Below are positions 28,730-37,554 of a stretch of DNA of 64,000 nt, in pieces. The position numbers and the translations under genes are program-made. The stretch is from a virus (Duplodnaviria; Caudoviricetes), in IMG/VR virus record IMGVR_UViG_3300013121_000005, positions 288,001-352,000 of that record. One strand, 5' to 3'. The notes beneath the pieces were generated by a model that was not told where the DNA came from, made no database searches, and saw only the letters and a program-made list of their open reading frames with translations. The first letter of the stretch is position 1, and each line of letters opens with the position of its first letter.

Positions 28730-29113
28730 ATGAAATCAGGATGCTGCAACGCCGAAATCACCTTCACGCCAAGTGCCTTCTTGGACTTTGGTTGGGACAG
28801 GTGCAGCCAGTGTGAGCTTGAAGTCCGCTACGCTCTCGTAGGCCACCCATGGGAGAAGGAACATGCATGTGGGGTGTTCCGAGCCTACGACAACAAGTTG
28901 TACTTCTTCTGGATGGCCGTGTCCTCCAAACAATCCTTGGACGATTACCTCAAACGAGGTTGGAAATTCGTCGGCGTCATTAAAGAGGTAGTCGCCACGA
29001 TCGGACAGAAATACCACACCCAAGACACAGACATGTTGTCCCCGGAACAACATAGAGCCTTCTCGCACTACTGGATGCCCCATGTGGAAAACCCAGAGCT
29101 GGCCCTGAAATGA
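28730..29113 (+). CDS. Hypothetical protein, related to 51314-51763
   Basis: SGCCNA...CSQC, mirrored by SDCCQA...CSRC. Confidence 0.65.
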   Translation: MKSGCCNAEITFTPSAFLDFGWDRCSQCELEVRYALVGHPWEKEHACGVFRAYDNKLYFFWMAVSSKQSLDDYLKRGWKFVGVIKEVVATIGQKYHTQDTDMLSPEQHRAFSHYWMPHVENPELALK

Positions 29114-29952
29114 CCCAAGAAGACCTTGACGACTTCCTTGAGTTTATTGACAACAAGCCTAAGCTTAAAGTCATCCAACCACGGGATGAAGGGGATCTCG
29201 ACGACTTCATCCTTGCTACCCAAGAGGAAATTCCAGCCCTGCCCGTGTGTGAGGACCCCGAAGCCCAAGTAACTCGGATCCTCACACACGTGCCAACCGC
29301 ACTCCCCTCCTACGTCCAACAGCTCGTCCAGCGATCCCCCTCTGCGTTCATCCAGACCCTCCTCAGCCCCATGAACGCTCGCACAACTGTGCCCCGTAAC
29401 CGAATCCTCGAATTCGGCTACGTCACTGCCAAAAAAATCCACCCGCTAGACCCACGGGGCATCCGCTGCCTCTCTGACCTCGGCCTCCCACTCAAAAAAG
29501 AATGGGTCATCGAAGATGGCCGCCGCTGCGTCGCCTACACGTTCGAGCCCGAACGGTTCATCAAACAACGCCGTCATCGAGTCGCTACCGTAAAAATCCG
29601 TAACGCTCTCGCCAAACTACGCAACTACACTTGCGAGATTTGCAAGAACGTCTACCCCCTCTCTTTCCTAGAGTGTGACCATAGGATTACCTACGCCATC
29701 AGCGGAGACGAGAACATCGAAGCCCTGGGCCTGGAAGCCTTCCAACTCCTCTGCCTCTCCTGCAATCGACGTAAGCTCATCGAGTGCCGCCGCTGCCCCA
29801 ACACACTCCCAGAAAAATGCGGTAGGTGCTTCTGGGCCTCCCCCGATGACTACGACCACATCGCAACCGTACCCGTCAAGTACTTCGTACGAGTCACCAC
29901 GCCCGACAAGTACAACCAACTCGTAGACTACGCCAAAGTTCTTGGCATCTAG
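29110..29952 (+). CDS. HNH endonuclease
   Basis: CEIC, LECDHR, LLCLSCNRRK, further CxxC. Confidence 0.82.
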   Translation: MTQEDLDDFLEFIDNKPKLKVIQPRDEGDLDDFILATQEEIPALPVCEDPEAQVTRILTHVPTALPSYVQQLVQRSPSAFIQTLLSPMNARTTVPRNRILEFGYVTAKKIHPLDPRGIRCLSDLGLPLKKEWVIEDGRRCVAYTFEPERFIKQRRHRVATVKIRNALAKLRNYTCEICKNVYPLSFLECDHRITYAISGDENIEALGLEAFQLLCLSCNRRKLIECRRCPNTLPEKCGRCFWASPDDYDHIATVPVKYFVRVTTPDKYNQLVDYAKVLGI

Positions 29953-29986
29953 TTGAAGAACCCAAATCTGGTTCGTTGTGTAAAGC

Positions 29987-30217
29987 ATGAACCAGCGCTT
30001 CATCTTCCGAACCAAGGACGGGACCCAGTACCACTTGGTTCAAGCGGGGCTCAATGGCCCCTGGACGGTCATCTACAACCCAGGGCCCGGAGGACAGAAG
30101 AAGTTCCCCTCCCTGAACCAAGCCCTCCATACCCTCGGGGGCATCGTCCAGTGGGATGCCTGGTCCAGAACCTCCAAGGCTACCCTCCTCGCCCTCAACC
30201 ACGATAAGGCTATCTAA
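29987..30217 (+). CDS. Hypothetical protein
   Basis: Class I promoter directly upstream. Confidence 0.6.
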   Translation: MNQRFIFRTKDGTQYHLVQAGLNGPWTVIYNPGPGGQKKFPSLNQALHTLGGIVQWDAWSRTSKATLLALNHDKAI

Positions 30218-30220
30218 AGG

Positions 30221-30589
30221 ATGACACCCTTCTACAAAACGCTCAACCAAGAGCACCAAGCTGTCCTGCTCACCCAGATGCGAGCATGGGGGAACGAGGC
30301 CATCCGACTCTTCGAGCAAGCACGCCTCCCACAAGGTACCATCCCAGTAGGGGCAGGGGACTTCGACGAGTACACCCTCCCAGGAGCCCTCCGACAAGAG
30401 TTGTGCTCCGCCCTCCGTACCCAACCCTCCCTAGAAGACGTCGAAGCCCAAGTCGCTCGACGCCTCACCCTGTGGGTCTTCAACCACAACAGGATGAGAC
30501 CCAAGGACGTAAACTGGCAACGGAACCCAGATACCTGGAAGCGTGACCTGGCTAAGCTCATGCAAACCCTACGACAGATTCTGACTTGA
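30221..30589 (+). CDS. Hypothetical protein
   Basis: 122 aa ORF. Confidence 0.65.
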   Translation: MTPFYKTLNQEHQAVLLTQMRAWGNEAIRLFEQARLPQGTIPVGAGDFDEYTLPGALRQELCSALRTQPSLEDVEAQVARRLTLWVFNHNRMRPKDVNWQRNPDTWKRDLAKLMQTLRQILT

Positions 30590-30955
30590 GAAACCTAGAG
30601 GGCCTTCGTTTAGGTAGGAGAGAGAGCCGGGAGAAGAAGACGGGAGACTGAGAAGAAGCCGTGAGAAGAAAGAAGCCGTGAGAAACAAGGAAAACCCCGC
30701 CCCTTGGGGCCCGGTCCCTCCTTGTTTCCAGTGAGATTGTAATCCTTCTTAGTCCCTCGTAAACCAAACCTACGACCGTCTCAGAACAGCGTCTTTCAGG
30801 AGAGAAAATGAACCCTCTTGGCACGCTATTTGACGCGAACTTTCTAAGGCGAGGGCTGAGGTTGGATTTCCGGTAACGGGCAGGAGAAACAGTTGATGAA
30901 AACCCACTACCCTTTTGGGGTGGGTTGGTGTATAGAGTTTGGAAAGGAGACTGTA

Positions 30956-31411
30956 ATGAGTGACCAGGAAATGAGTGCAGAGAAGATGTTGGCGTCCTAC
31001 AAGGACGCCACGGCGACCATGGAGAAGCTGGAGAAGGCACTGGAGGTGCTGAAGGGCCAGCGGAGCAATCTCGTGAAGGGGCTGTACGACCTTTCGGGGA
31101 AGGGGCCCTACACGGTGGAGGGGCGCGAGTGCAACATCGTGGTCAAGGGGGATACGTACTACTTCTTGCCCGTGAAGACGGCTGGGAGCGGTGGCGGGCC
31201 CAGGAAGGCGGCTCCCTCTGCTGAGACCTTGGCGCGGTTGGCCGAGGCAGTGAGGGCCAAGGGTGGACCCGTTCCCGTGTCCGTGATTGCCAGGGACTTG
31301 GGGGAGGAGGTTGGTCCCAAGTTCTCCGAGCTGGTGAAGGCGGCTCTTGAGCAGGGCCTGATCACAAAGACCGGGGAGCGTGCGGCGACCCGTTACAGCG
31401 TTCCGGCCTGA
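30956..31411 (+). CDS. Putative DNA-binding protein (C-terminal winged HTH)
   Basis: SD AAGGAG; ALEQGLITKTGERAATRY. Confidence 0.7.
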   Translation: MSDQEMSAEKMLASYKDATATMEKLEKALEVLKGQRSNLVKGLYDLSGKGPYTVEGRECNIVVKGDTYYFLPVKTAGSGGGPRKAAPSAETLARLAEAVRAKGGPVPVSVIARDLGEEVGPKFSELVKAALEQGLITKTGERAATRYSVPA

Positions 31412-31584
31412 TGTCGGATCGTCGGAAGGACAGCCTAGCGCTGGCCTTTTTCGGAGATGCCCTTAGAGAGGCTCTGGGACTGGAGCCTCTCTACCAAAGC
31501 GGTAGGGCCCCCCAGAAAGAGGCAGAGAGGTTCTATCAAGCCCCCTTCACCTTCCCCTCGCCGAGCATGCGCAGTAGGGACTAG
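31411..31584 (+). CDS. 57-aa hypothetical protein (not in track)
   Basis: TGATG overlap; MSDRRKDSLALAFFGDALREALGLEPLY... Confidence 0.5.
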   Translation: MSDRRKDSLALAFFGDALREALGLEPLYQSGRAPQKEAERFYQAPFTFPSPSMRSRD

Positions 31585-31597
31585 AGGGACCTCGAAT

Positions 31598-31642
31598 TGA
31601 AAAAAGGTGTACTTCCTGGGAAAGGAGGTACACCTTTTTTCA
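31598..31642. terminator. Bidirectional intrinsic terminator
   Basis: TGAAAAAAGGTGTAC...GTACACCTTTTTTCA. Confidence 0.85.
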
Positions 31643-31830
31643 TGTGGGTGTCTTCAGTTTCGTATGTCCGGTTAGAGTTTCATATCCCCTAGGGGTCATG
31701 AAACTCTAACCGGGTGTATGAAACTGGATCTTGGATCCAAGTCACCTACATTGGGTTTTCGGGGTCGAACTAATTGAAGGGGGTCCGGGAGGGGCGGTTG
31801 AATTAATCGAAGGGGTGTTGTCTTTTTTGG

Positions 31831-31867
31831 TTGAGAGAACTCGCACCCCTTCGTTGAAGTGGTGTAA
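31831..31867 (+). promoter_or_regulatory. Composite class I + GGTGTA promoter
   Basis: TTGAGA-N15-CGTTGAAGTGGTGTAA; same 18-mer at 35404-35421. Confidence 0.65.
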
Positions 31868-32510
31868 TCAGGAAGAAACCACGAAGAAGGTAGGCGATTG
31901 ACGTAAGCATTGGGACGCTAGCAGAATTCTGAGGGAGGGCCGAAGTGCCGTACGTGACCCTTAGAGCGGCGATAACCTTGAACGTACAACGGGCAAATTC
32001 TTAGAGGGGTGCCCTAAGCGTACGGTGATGTCGGGGACATGCCGCTCGCTCGTTAGGGGCCCCCTCACCACCCTAAAGAAAAGAGGTACGATGAGATAAG
32101 TTAGGACGCTAGAACTCGGGGTTCGCCATTGTAATTCAGAACCTACCGAGTGGAAAATTCTAGGGCAAAGGAGACTACCGACCCTAGAGCGGCGATAACA
32201 GCAGGTAGATGGGCGTAAATAGCCTGGGAGAAGGGGTCTTCTCCCAGGTGTATGTAGTCTGGGTGGAGGCTCGGTTGTTATAAGTTGGGACGCTAGGGAA
32301 TGAGGGTGCTCGACGGGATGCATACCGGGTGGGACCTCAGACCGAAGAATTCTAGAGGGAGGGCCACTGACCTCTAGAGCGGCGATAACAGCAGGGGCAA
32401 AAGGTTTGCCTCGGGGAGGAGGGCTCCTCCCCGAGGAATTAGGGTTAGAGGATGGGTACATGGGTTGAAGCCCACTACCTGAAGCGCCCATCCTCTAACC
32501 CTAGTTTGTT
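31868..32510 (+). ncRNA. Putative long structured ncRNA with three copies of a conserved motif
   Basis: GGACGCTAG...AATTCT...TAGAGCGGCGATAAC x3 with covarying stem; 17-bp terminal hairpin; no plus-strand ORF in track. Confidence 0.65.
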
Positions 32511-32583
32511 TGGTGAGGACAGGGGACCAGCGTGACAAGAGACGGCACTTGACTGGTGTAGGTAGACGTAATACTATGTAGGT

Positions 32584-32808
32584 ATGAAAAACCTACCTAC
32601 GCAGTTGAGCAACACCTTCCACAACCTTTGGACGCGGGACGTGGGGACGCCGGGCTACGAGAAGTGGAAGTGGCGTCTTATGGATCGTTGGATTTCCGAG
32701 CTGGTTCGAGCGTGTCCGGAAGGCGCGGTTCCGGCTTTCTTTTCGGGTTACGAACGAACATCAGGAAGCCTGGATATGCCGCGAGGGGCTGACGAAGCTC
32801 CGGAGTGA
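32584..32808 (+). CDS. Hypothetical protein
   Basis: FHNLWT..VG..GY.K..W. Confidence 0.65.
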   Translation: MKNLPTQLSNTFHNLWTRDVGTPGYEKWKWRLMDRWISELVRACPEGAVPAFFSGYERTSGSLDMPRGADEAPE

Positions 32809-32924
32809 CCGAGTGTCACCCCCTGCCCTCACCCTACAAGCAGGTAGCTTTGGGGTTGAGGGGTCCCATTTCTAGAGTGGGACCTCTTTGCTTTTAAGCT
32901 CCAGGCGAAAGGTTTAGTTGGCAA

Positions 32925-33155
32925 ATGCGAGGGAAAGAAGCTTACTGTCGGTTCTGGTCGGGCATCTTCTATGTTGCTACCTACCCTGACCAACAACGCA
33001 TCTGTTCGAGCAAGAGCTTTCGGCGGGCCACTCGGAAGGCCCGTAACCTTGGGTTCGACGTCCGGGTCTACAAGAGCGAGTATGGCAAGGCTCCGAGGGA
33101 CGCGGTTCAAGTCATGGGGGGTTCCTACGTGCTTCCACGGAAGAAAGTTAGTTGA
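32925..33155 (+). CDS. Hypothetical basic protein
   Basis: ORF in plus-strand run. Confidence 0.55.
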   Translation: MRGKEAYCRFWSGIFYVATYPDQQRICSSKSFRRATRKARNLGFDVRVYKSEYGKAPRDAVQVMGGSYVLPRKKVS

Positions 33156-33440
33156 CAGAGTTTTCCCTTGTTCGTTGAGTGAATATGATGTGAAACTTCT
33201 GGGTGGGTTCGATTCCCACGAGGGGCCGCCTAAGCCCCTGCTCTAAGTGGTGAGACAGAAGGCCAGTAGCATCTGTGGTCCCTTTGCCTGGCAAACCATT
33301 GGGATTACCTCTGGAAAGGGCTGTTAGGCCAGACCGGCTTCTAGAGAAGAGAGAGCCCCCTTGGAACCTAAGGCCAAGGGGGCTCTTGATTTTAACCTAC
33401 AGGTTCATTGAAGGACCCTTGGGCCCTTCGTTGAAAGAGT

Positions 33441-33671
33441 ATGATGAAGAAGGGTGATTTGGTCAAGAGTGCCAAGAATCTGGTGAACCCCCGTACTTTG
33501 CGGGTCGTGGGGGAGCCTCGGTACATTCCCGGGGGGTACGTGGTGGGGGTCACGTGGGAGACCACGGCTGATATCGAGCCGGAGGGGTGCCTTCCGGATG
33601 GGACCTTTCATCCGGCTCATGTGCCAGGGTTCACCTGGTTCGTGCCCGTAGAGAGCTTGGTGTCGGCATGA
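33441..33671 (+). CDS. Hypothetical protein (leaderless candidate)
   Basis: TTGAAG-N15-CGTTGA-N6-ATG. Confidence 0.7.
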   Translation: MMKKGDLVKSAKNLVNPRTLRVVGEPRYIPGGYVVGVTWETTADIEPEGCLPDGTFHPAHVPGFTWFVPVESLVSA

Positions 33672-34111
33672 TCTCAACAACTTTCCAAGGGGACAACGGG
33701 GCCAAGGCGACTCTTACTTGGGGTGGTAGGCTCTACGTTCTGGACGTGGATGATGACCACGGGCTTAGTTACAACCTGGTTCTCAAGGAGAATGCTTTGG
33801 GGGCTCTTCGAGAGGCCCTGGAGCCTGGGAAGAAGGCCACGAAGGTTATCTCTGGAGAGTGGTTCATTGAGGTGAACCACTTCGAGGATCGGACAACTCT
33901 CCTGGTGTGGAGGAAGGAAAGCGATCCCGTAGTCATTCCTCTCCTGGCTGAGGATAGCAGGAAGCTCCGAGAGGCTTTTGACGTCCACTATGCTTCCTTT
34001 GGGGCGGATGGGCCGTTCCGGCGATGTGGAGCCTCTGAAGGGATCGCGGTACCCTACGTCCCTGAGGTGACCTGCCCGGAGTGTAAGAAGACTTGGAGCG
34101 AAAACACCTAA
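33668..34111 (+). CDS. Hypothetical protein with duplicated unit and VTCPEC tail
   Basis: ATGA-coupled; resembles 35703-36035. Confidence 0.7.
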   Translation: MISTTFQGDNGAKATLTWGGRLYVLDVDDDHGLSYNLVLKENALGALREALEPGKKATKVISGEWFIEVNHFEDRTTLLVWRKESDPVVIPLLAEDSRKLREAFDVHYASFGADGPFRRCGASEGIAVPYVPEVTCPECKKTWSENT

Positions 34112-34336
34112 AGCCCGTTCCCCAAGGGGGTTCAGGCTATGTTGGTTAGATTGTCTTGTCTTTTCAGGAGTTGCTAGTCATCGTGACCGAGTGGAATCTC
34201 AAGGCCGTATTTACCAACATGTGGAAGGGCGGCTCTCCCAGAATCCGGGTACAGGAATCGGAGCGTGTCCTGAAGAGACAGCTTCAGGGTACTCTTTCGC
34301 GGAGCAATGTCAAGGCTCCCGGGGTAAGAGACTAAC

Positions 34337-34849
34337 GTGACCTCAATTCTCGCAAAAATCCAAAAACTCATAGCCCTCAGTGCTTCCCCTCATTTGGAAG
34401 AGGGTCGGACGGCTGCTTACATGGCCGTACAGATGATCCGAAACAACGGGGTTGTTCTAAGCCATGGGGGGTCTTCTTCTTACGACTCTTCTTCCGGGTC
34501 TTCTTCCTACCACTCTTCTTACGACTCTGAGGAAGACGTCGAGGAGGAAGAGGAAGAGACCCCGAGGGGAAGAAGACCTCGTTTTGAGATCCAGAGGGTT
34601 GCCCAGGAGAAGGCAGAAAGGCTCCTTGAATTCCTGAAGACCAAGGCCGAACGCAAGGAATATCCCGTCTTTAGCCTCACTAAGCTGACGGAAGGTAGCG
34701 TGAAAAGTAAACTCATTTCAACAGAAGAGAAGGCTATTTTCCACTACTACCTTGGGCTTGAGCTAAAGAAGCTGGTAGAGGCGGGGAAGTTGGTTAGTTC
34801 GCGGGGTCGTGGTGGTGGGTTCCGTTGGGTCGTGGAGGAAGAGGAATGA
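34337..34849 (+). CDS. DUF2786-like N-terminus plus winged-HTH-like C-terminus
   Basis: ILAKIQKLIALSASP..EE; LKKLVEAGKLVSSRGRGGGF. Confidence 0.7.
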   Translation: MTSILAKIQKLIALSASPHLEEGRTAAYMAVQMIRNNGVVLSHGGSSSYDSSSGSSSYHSSYDSEEDVEEEEEETPRGRRPRFEIQRVAQEKAERLLEFLKTKAERKEYPVFSLTKLTEGSVKSKLISTEEKAIFHYYLGLELKKLVEAGKLVSSRGRGGGFRWVVEEEE

Positions 34850-35151
34850 CGCCTGAGGAGACGTTTGACCGGGTGTGGGACATTTTGGTGGCGCAGGCTG
34901 GGGCTGACCTAGAGTCTCGTGAGGATTTCATTCGGGCGCATGCCAAGAAGGCTCCTCAAGGTAACCTGACGGAGTGGAGGTTCTGCGGGCACCTTGGTCT
35001 GGGGGGCAAGTTTCGATGTGATCGGAGTGCCCGTCGTTATCTCGTCACCTGTTACCCAGAGGATGAGACCGCTGATCGGAAACGAGTGATGGAGGAGACC
35101 AACCTGAAGCTCGCCGAAGTGCCTTGGTGTGAAGTTGGAGGAGTACAATGA
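34846..35151 (+). CDS. Hypothetical phage protein
   Basis: EWRFCGHLGLGGKFR..CYPEDET. Confidence 0.75.
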   Translation: MTPEETFDRVWDILVAQAGADLESREDFIRAHAKKAPQGNLTEWRFCGHLGLGGKFRCDRSARRYLVTCYPEDETADRKRVMEETNLKLAEVPWCEVGGVQ

Positions 35152-35378
35152 GCTTAGAGGCTATGGAGCGCCAACAGAAGGAGCTGTTCGGGCTTGTCAT
35201 CACCAAGGCGCTTGAGCTTTGCCGTAAGCTTGAAGGGGAAGAGGCGGTTTCGGCTTTCCGGGAGCTGGAAACCGCTGTTCAAGCAGCAAGTATTCAGACG
35301 GACATGGTTCGAGGGGCCAAGTTGGCTCTCGAAGAGGTTGGTTCCCGAAGAGGAGGGGCCAAGAAGAAAATTCGTTGA
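35148..35378 (+). CDS. Hypothetical protein
   Basis: ATGA-coupled. Confidence 0.6.
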   Translation: MSLEAMERQQKELFGLVITKALELCRKLEGEEAVSAFRELETAVQAASIQTDMVRGAKLALEEVGSRRGGAKKKIR

Positions 35379-35384
35379 GCACGG

Positions 35385-35666
35385 TTGAGAGACCCAAGGC
35401 TGATTCGTTGAAGTGGTGTAACTAAGACAACCCCCCAAAAGTGGGGACCTAACATTGCGCGAAACCCCTCTATTGAATATTAGAGGCAGCCAAAAACCTC
35501 CAGCCTAATGGAAAGAGGGTAGTATGGATTAGATGACGCGGGTGGCCCCCGCTTGTGCAGGGAGGTTACGCTTCCCCTCCCCTCCGCGTAAATAGTAGTG
35601 AGATTAATGTTTTGGGCCCTTGTTTCCCCTTGCTTTTAAGAAAGGGGAAACAAGGGCTTCTTTTTT
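35385..35666 (+). ncRNA. Putative ncRNA of about 250 nt between composite promoter and terminator
   Basis: Promoter 35385-35421; no ORF; terminator 35616-35666. Confidence 0.55.
35616..35666 (+). terminator. Intrinsic terminator
   Basis: GCCCTTGTTTCCCCTT/AAGGGGAAACAAGGGC plus T-tract. Confidence 0.85.
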
Positions 35667-35702
35667 AGCTTGAAGAACCTCGGGTCTGTTCGTTGAAAGA
35701 AC

Positions 35703-36035
35703 ATGATGACGATCACAGAGGTCTTGGGGGACAATGGTTCCAAGGTTGCCCTCCTCTCTATGGCGGCGGGCGTTACCCTTGTGGTGGCTGATGACGACAT
35801 CAGCTTCGTGCTTCCCCTCTCTAGGGAGGAAACGAATCAGCTCCGAAGCGCTGTGGGGAACCAGAGTGTTTCGGAGGTTAACCTGACGGGGCACGATGAC
35901 CACCCCGTGTTCATCGTGGTTCACCCCTTCGAGGATGGGCGGCTGGTTTTCCTGGTGCGCGATGATGACAGCGATGCAGTCATCGTGCCCATGTCCGTTG
36001 AGGACAGTGCGACGTTCCGTAAGGCGTTGGCCTGA
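35703..36035 (+). CDS. Hypothetical protein with internal duplication
   Basis: Class I promoter 6 nt before the ATG. Confidence 0.75.
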   Translation: MMTITEVLGDNGSKVALLSMAAGVTLVVADDDISFVLPLSREETNQLRSAVGNQSVSEVNLTGHDDHPVFIVVHPFEDGRLVFLVRDDDSDAVIVPMSVEDSATFRKALA

Positions 36036-36051
36036 AAGGTAGGGGGAAATA

Positions 36052-36234
36052 ATGAGAATGACAATTCGTAAGGGTATCGTGCAGTACTGGTCCGTGTACA
36101 ACCAGGTCTGGGAAACGTGCCCTGCGCACAGTGTTCCGGACCGTGAACTGGCTGCGATGCCCGACCGGGACCGAGCCCGAGTGTTGCGAGCGAGCTTGAA
36201 GTACGGATGCGGGTGTGAGGACCCTGCCGCCTAA
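36052..36234 (+). CDS. Hypothetical protein
   Basis: YWSVYNQVW..PDRELAAM. Confidence 0.6.
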   Translation: MRMTIRKGIVQYWSVYNQVWETCPAHSVPDRELAAMPDRDRARVLRASLKYGCGCEDPAA

Positions 36235-36285
36235 GAATTAATCATTCTTGGGGTTGAATCTTCCGCTTTTGGACGTTTAGCTACT

Positions 36286-36603
36286 ATGAATACCCCCAGC
36301 CACATGGACCTTGTTCAAAGCTACATGCTTCAGAATTTCAAGGGGCAGCCCTGTGTGGTCTTTTTCGATCCCCTCGGGGATGGGAGCCGAGTTGAGGAGA
36401 TCGGGAAGCTTCTGAAGCTTCCCAAGTCGAAGTGGAACACCCTAGTGAACGCGGACATCTACATCCATCCGTGGAAGAACATGATAGTGAACGCGGACGA
36501 TAAGGGTAGTCCTCTCTCCAACTTCGTGAACCGTTTGGGTCAGGAGACCTATGGGTTCGTGATGGCTTGGAGTGGGTGGTCCTTCGTCACTGAGAACTCG
36601 TAG
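36286..36603 (+). CDS. Hypothetical protein
   Basis: Class I promoter. Confidence 0.7.
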   Translation: MNTPSHMDLVQSYMLQNFKGQPCVVFFDPLGDGSRVEEIGKLLKLPKSKWNTLVNADIYIHPWKNMIVNADDKGSPLSNFVNRLGQETYGFVMAWSGWSFVTENS

Positions 36604-36610
36604 GAAGGTC

Positions 36611-36850
36611 ATGAACGTCAAGCGCATCGAAGTTCTTACGAATAGGGCCGGAACCGACCTGCTGTACCTTGAGCTGGAGGCAGACACTCCCTTTCCAGGT
36701 ACGACGTACACCCCTTACGCAAGGGTTGAGACCAATGCGGGGTACGGTCATACTTGGGCCCAGAAGAGCTTTCCCGGGGTCGAGGTTGTGGTCATCGACA
36801 CGAAGACCGGGGCTCGTACGGTCATCAAAGGAGTCCAAAATGAGTCGTAG
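36611..36850 (+). CDS. Hypothetical protein
   Basis: SD plus ATG. Confidence 0.65.
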   Translation: MNVKRIEVLTNRAGTDLLYLELEADTPFPGTTYTPYARVETNAGYGHTWAQKSFPGVEVVVIDTKTGARTVIKGVQNES

Positions 36851-37040
36851 TACAGACCCCCGTGAGGCGGCGGAGTCGGCCCTTGCTCAATGGAGGGAGT
36901 CAAAGAAGAACAAGGATACGGCCCGGGCCCGTATGTTCCGACGGACCCTTCAAGCGTGGATCCAAAATGGGGGGGCTCGTCCCGAAGGATTGACCCCTCG
37001 TGAGCTGTCCGCCCTGGGCTTCGTCAAGGACTCCCAGTAA
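36840..37040 (+). CDS. Hypothetical protein
   Basis: SD AAGGAG. Confidence 0.6.
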   Translation: MSRSTDPREAAESALAQWRESKKNKDTARARMFRRTLQAWIQNGGARPEGLTPRELSALGFVKDSQ

Positions 37041-37046
37041 AACTCA

Positions 37047-37151
37047 ATCCGAGGGCCCCAGGGGTTTTAGGTGTCCCCCTGGGGCCCTCATTCTAATCTC
37101 ATCCGAGGGCCCCAAGGGGTTTTGACATTGCTCCCTTGGGGCCCTCATTCT
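37047..37151 (+). repeat. Two tandem copies of a ~50-bp hairpin element
   Basis: ATCCGAGGGCCCCA...TGGGGCCCTCATTCT at 37047-37094 and 37101-37151. Confidence 0.9.
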
Positions 37152-37176
37152 CTTCCTCAACCAAAAGAATCAAACC

Positions 37177-37521
37177 ATGGAAGTCGTAAACCCTGGAGAC
37201 AAGAGCTGGGCCCGACATCGCTACCTCCTGACCTTTGGGGTGATAGGCCCAAAGGTCCTTCTGGTCTGGGCAAACTCGTTGGAGGATGCTCTTGACGAAG
37301 CCGTGGATTGGCTCGCAGAGCATGCTCCTGGGCTGCTTTGCGATGAAGAGGTCCGGGAGGCTTACCAGAATGCCCTTGCGCGGGGCCTCTCTGAGGAGGA
37401 TGCCCAAACCGAGGCAACGATGGACACTACCCAAGCAGGAAACGAGGGTCACTACCTGCACTCCTGGGAGTGGACCCTGGTGGAAGACCCTTCCCGAAGT
37501 CAAATCAAGAACTGCGCCTGA
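37177..37521 (+). CDS. Hypothetical phage protein
   Basis: VWANSLEDALDEAVDW..AGNEGHYL. Confidence 0.75.
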   Translation: MEVVNPGDKSWARHRYLLTFGVIGPKVLLVWANSLEDALDEAVDWLAEHAPGLLCDEEVREAYQNALARGLSEEDAQTEATMDTTQAGNEGHYLHSWEWTLVEDPSRSQIKNCA

Positions 37522-37554
37522 TTGAAGGGGTCCTACTCTAGTCGTTTAGTGAAC

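Noticed and set aside
31900-32400. CRISPR array
   Set aside because: The repeats are split motifs about 190-220 nt apart with structured inserts, and no cas genes are present.
31961-32491. 176-aa minus-strand ORF
   Set aside because: Pro/Ser/Arg-rich, no RBS, and antisense to the structured repeat region.
33195-33235. Intact tRNA gene
   Set aside because: Only a T-arm is present; I could not build a cloverleaf.
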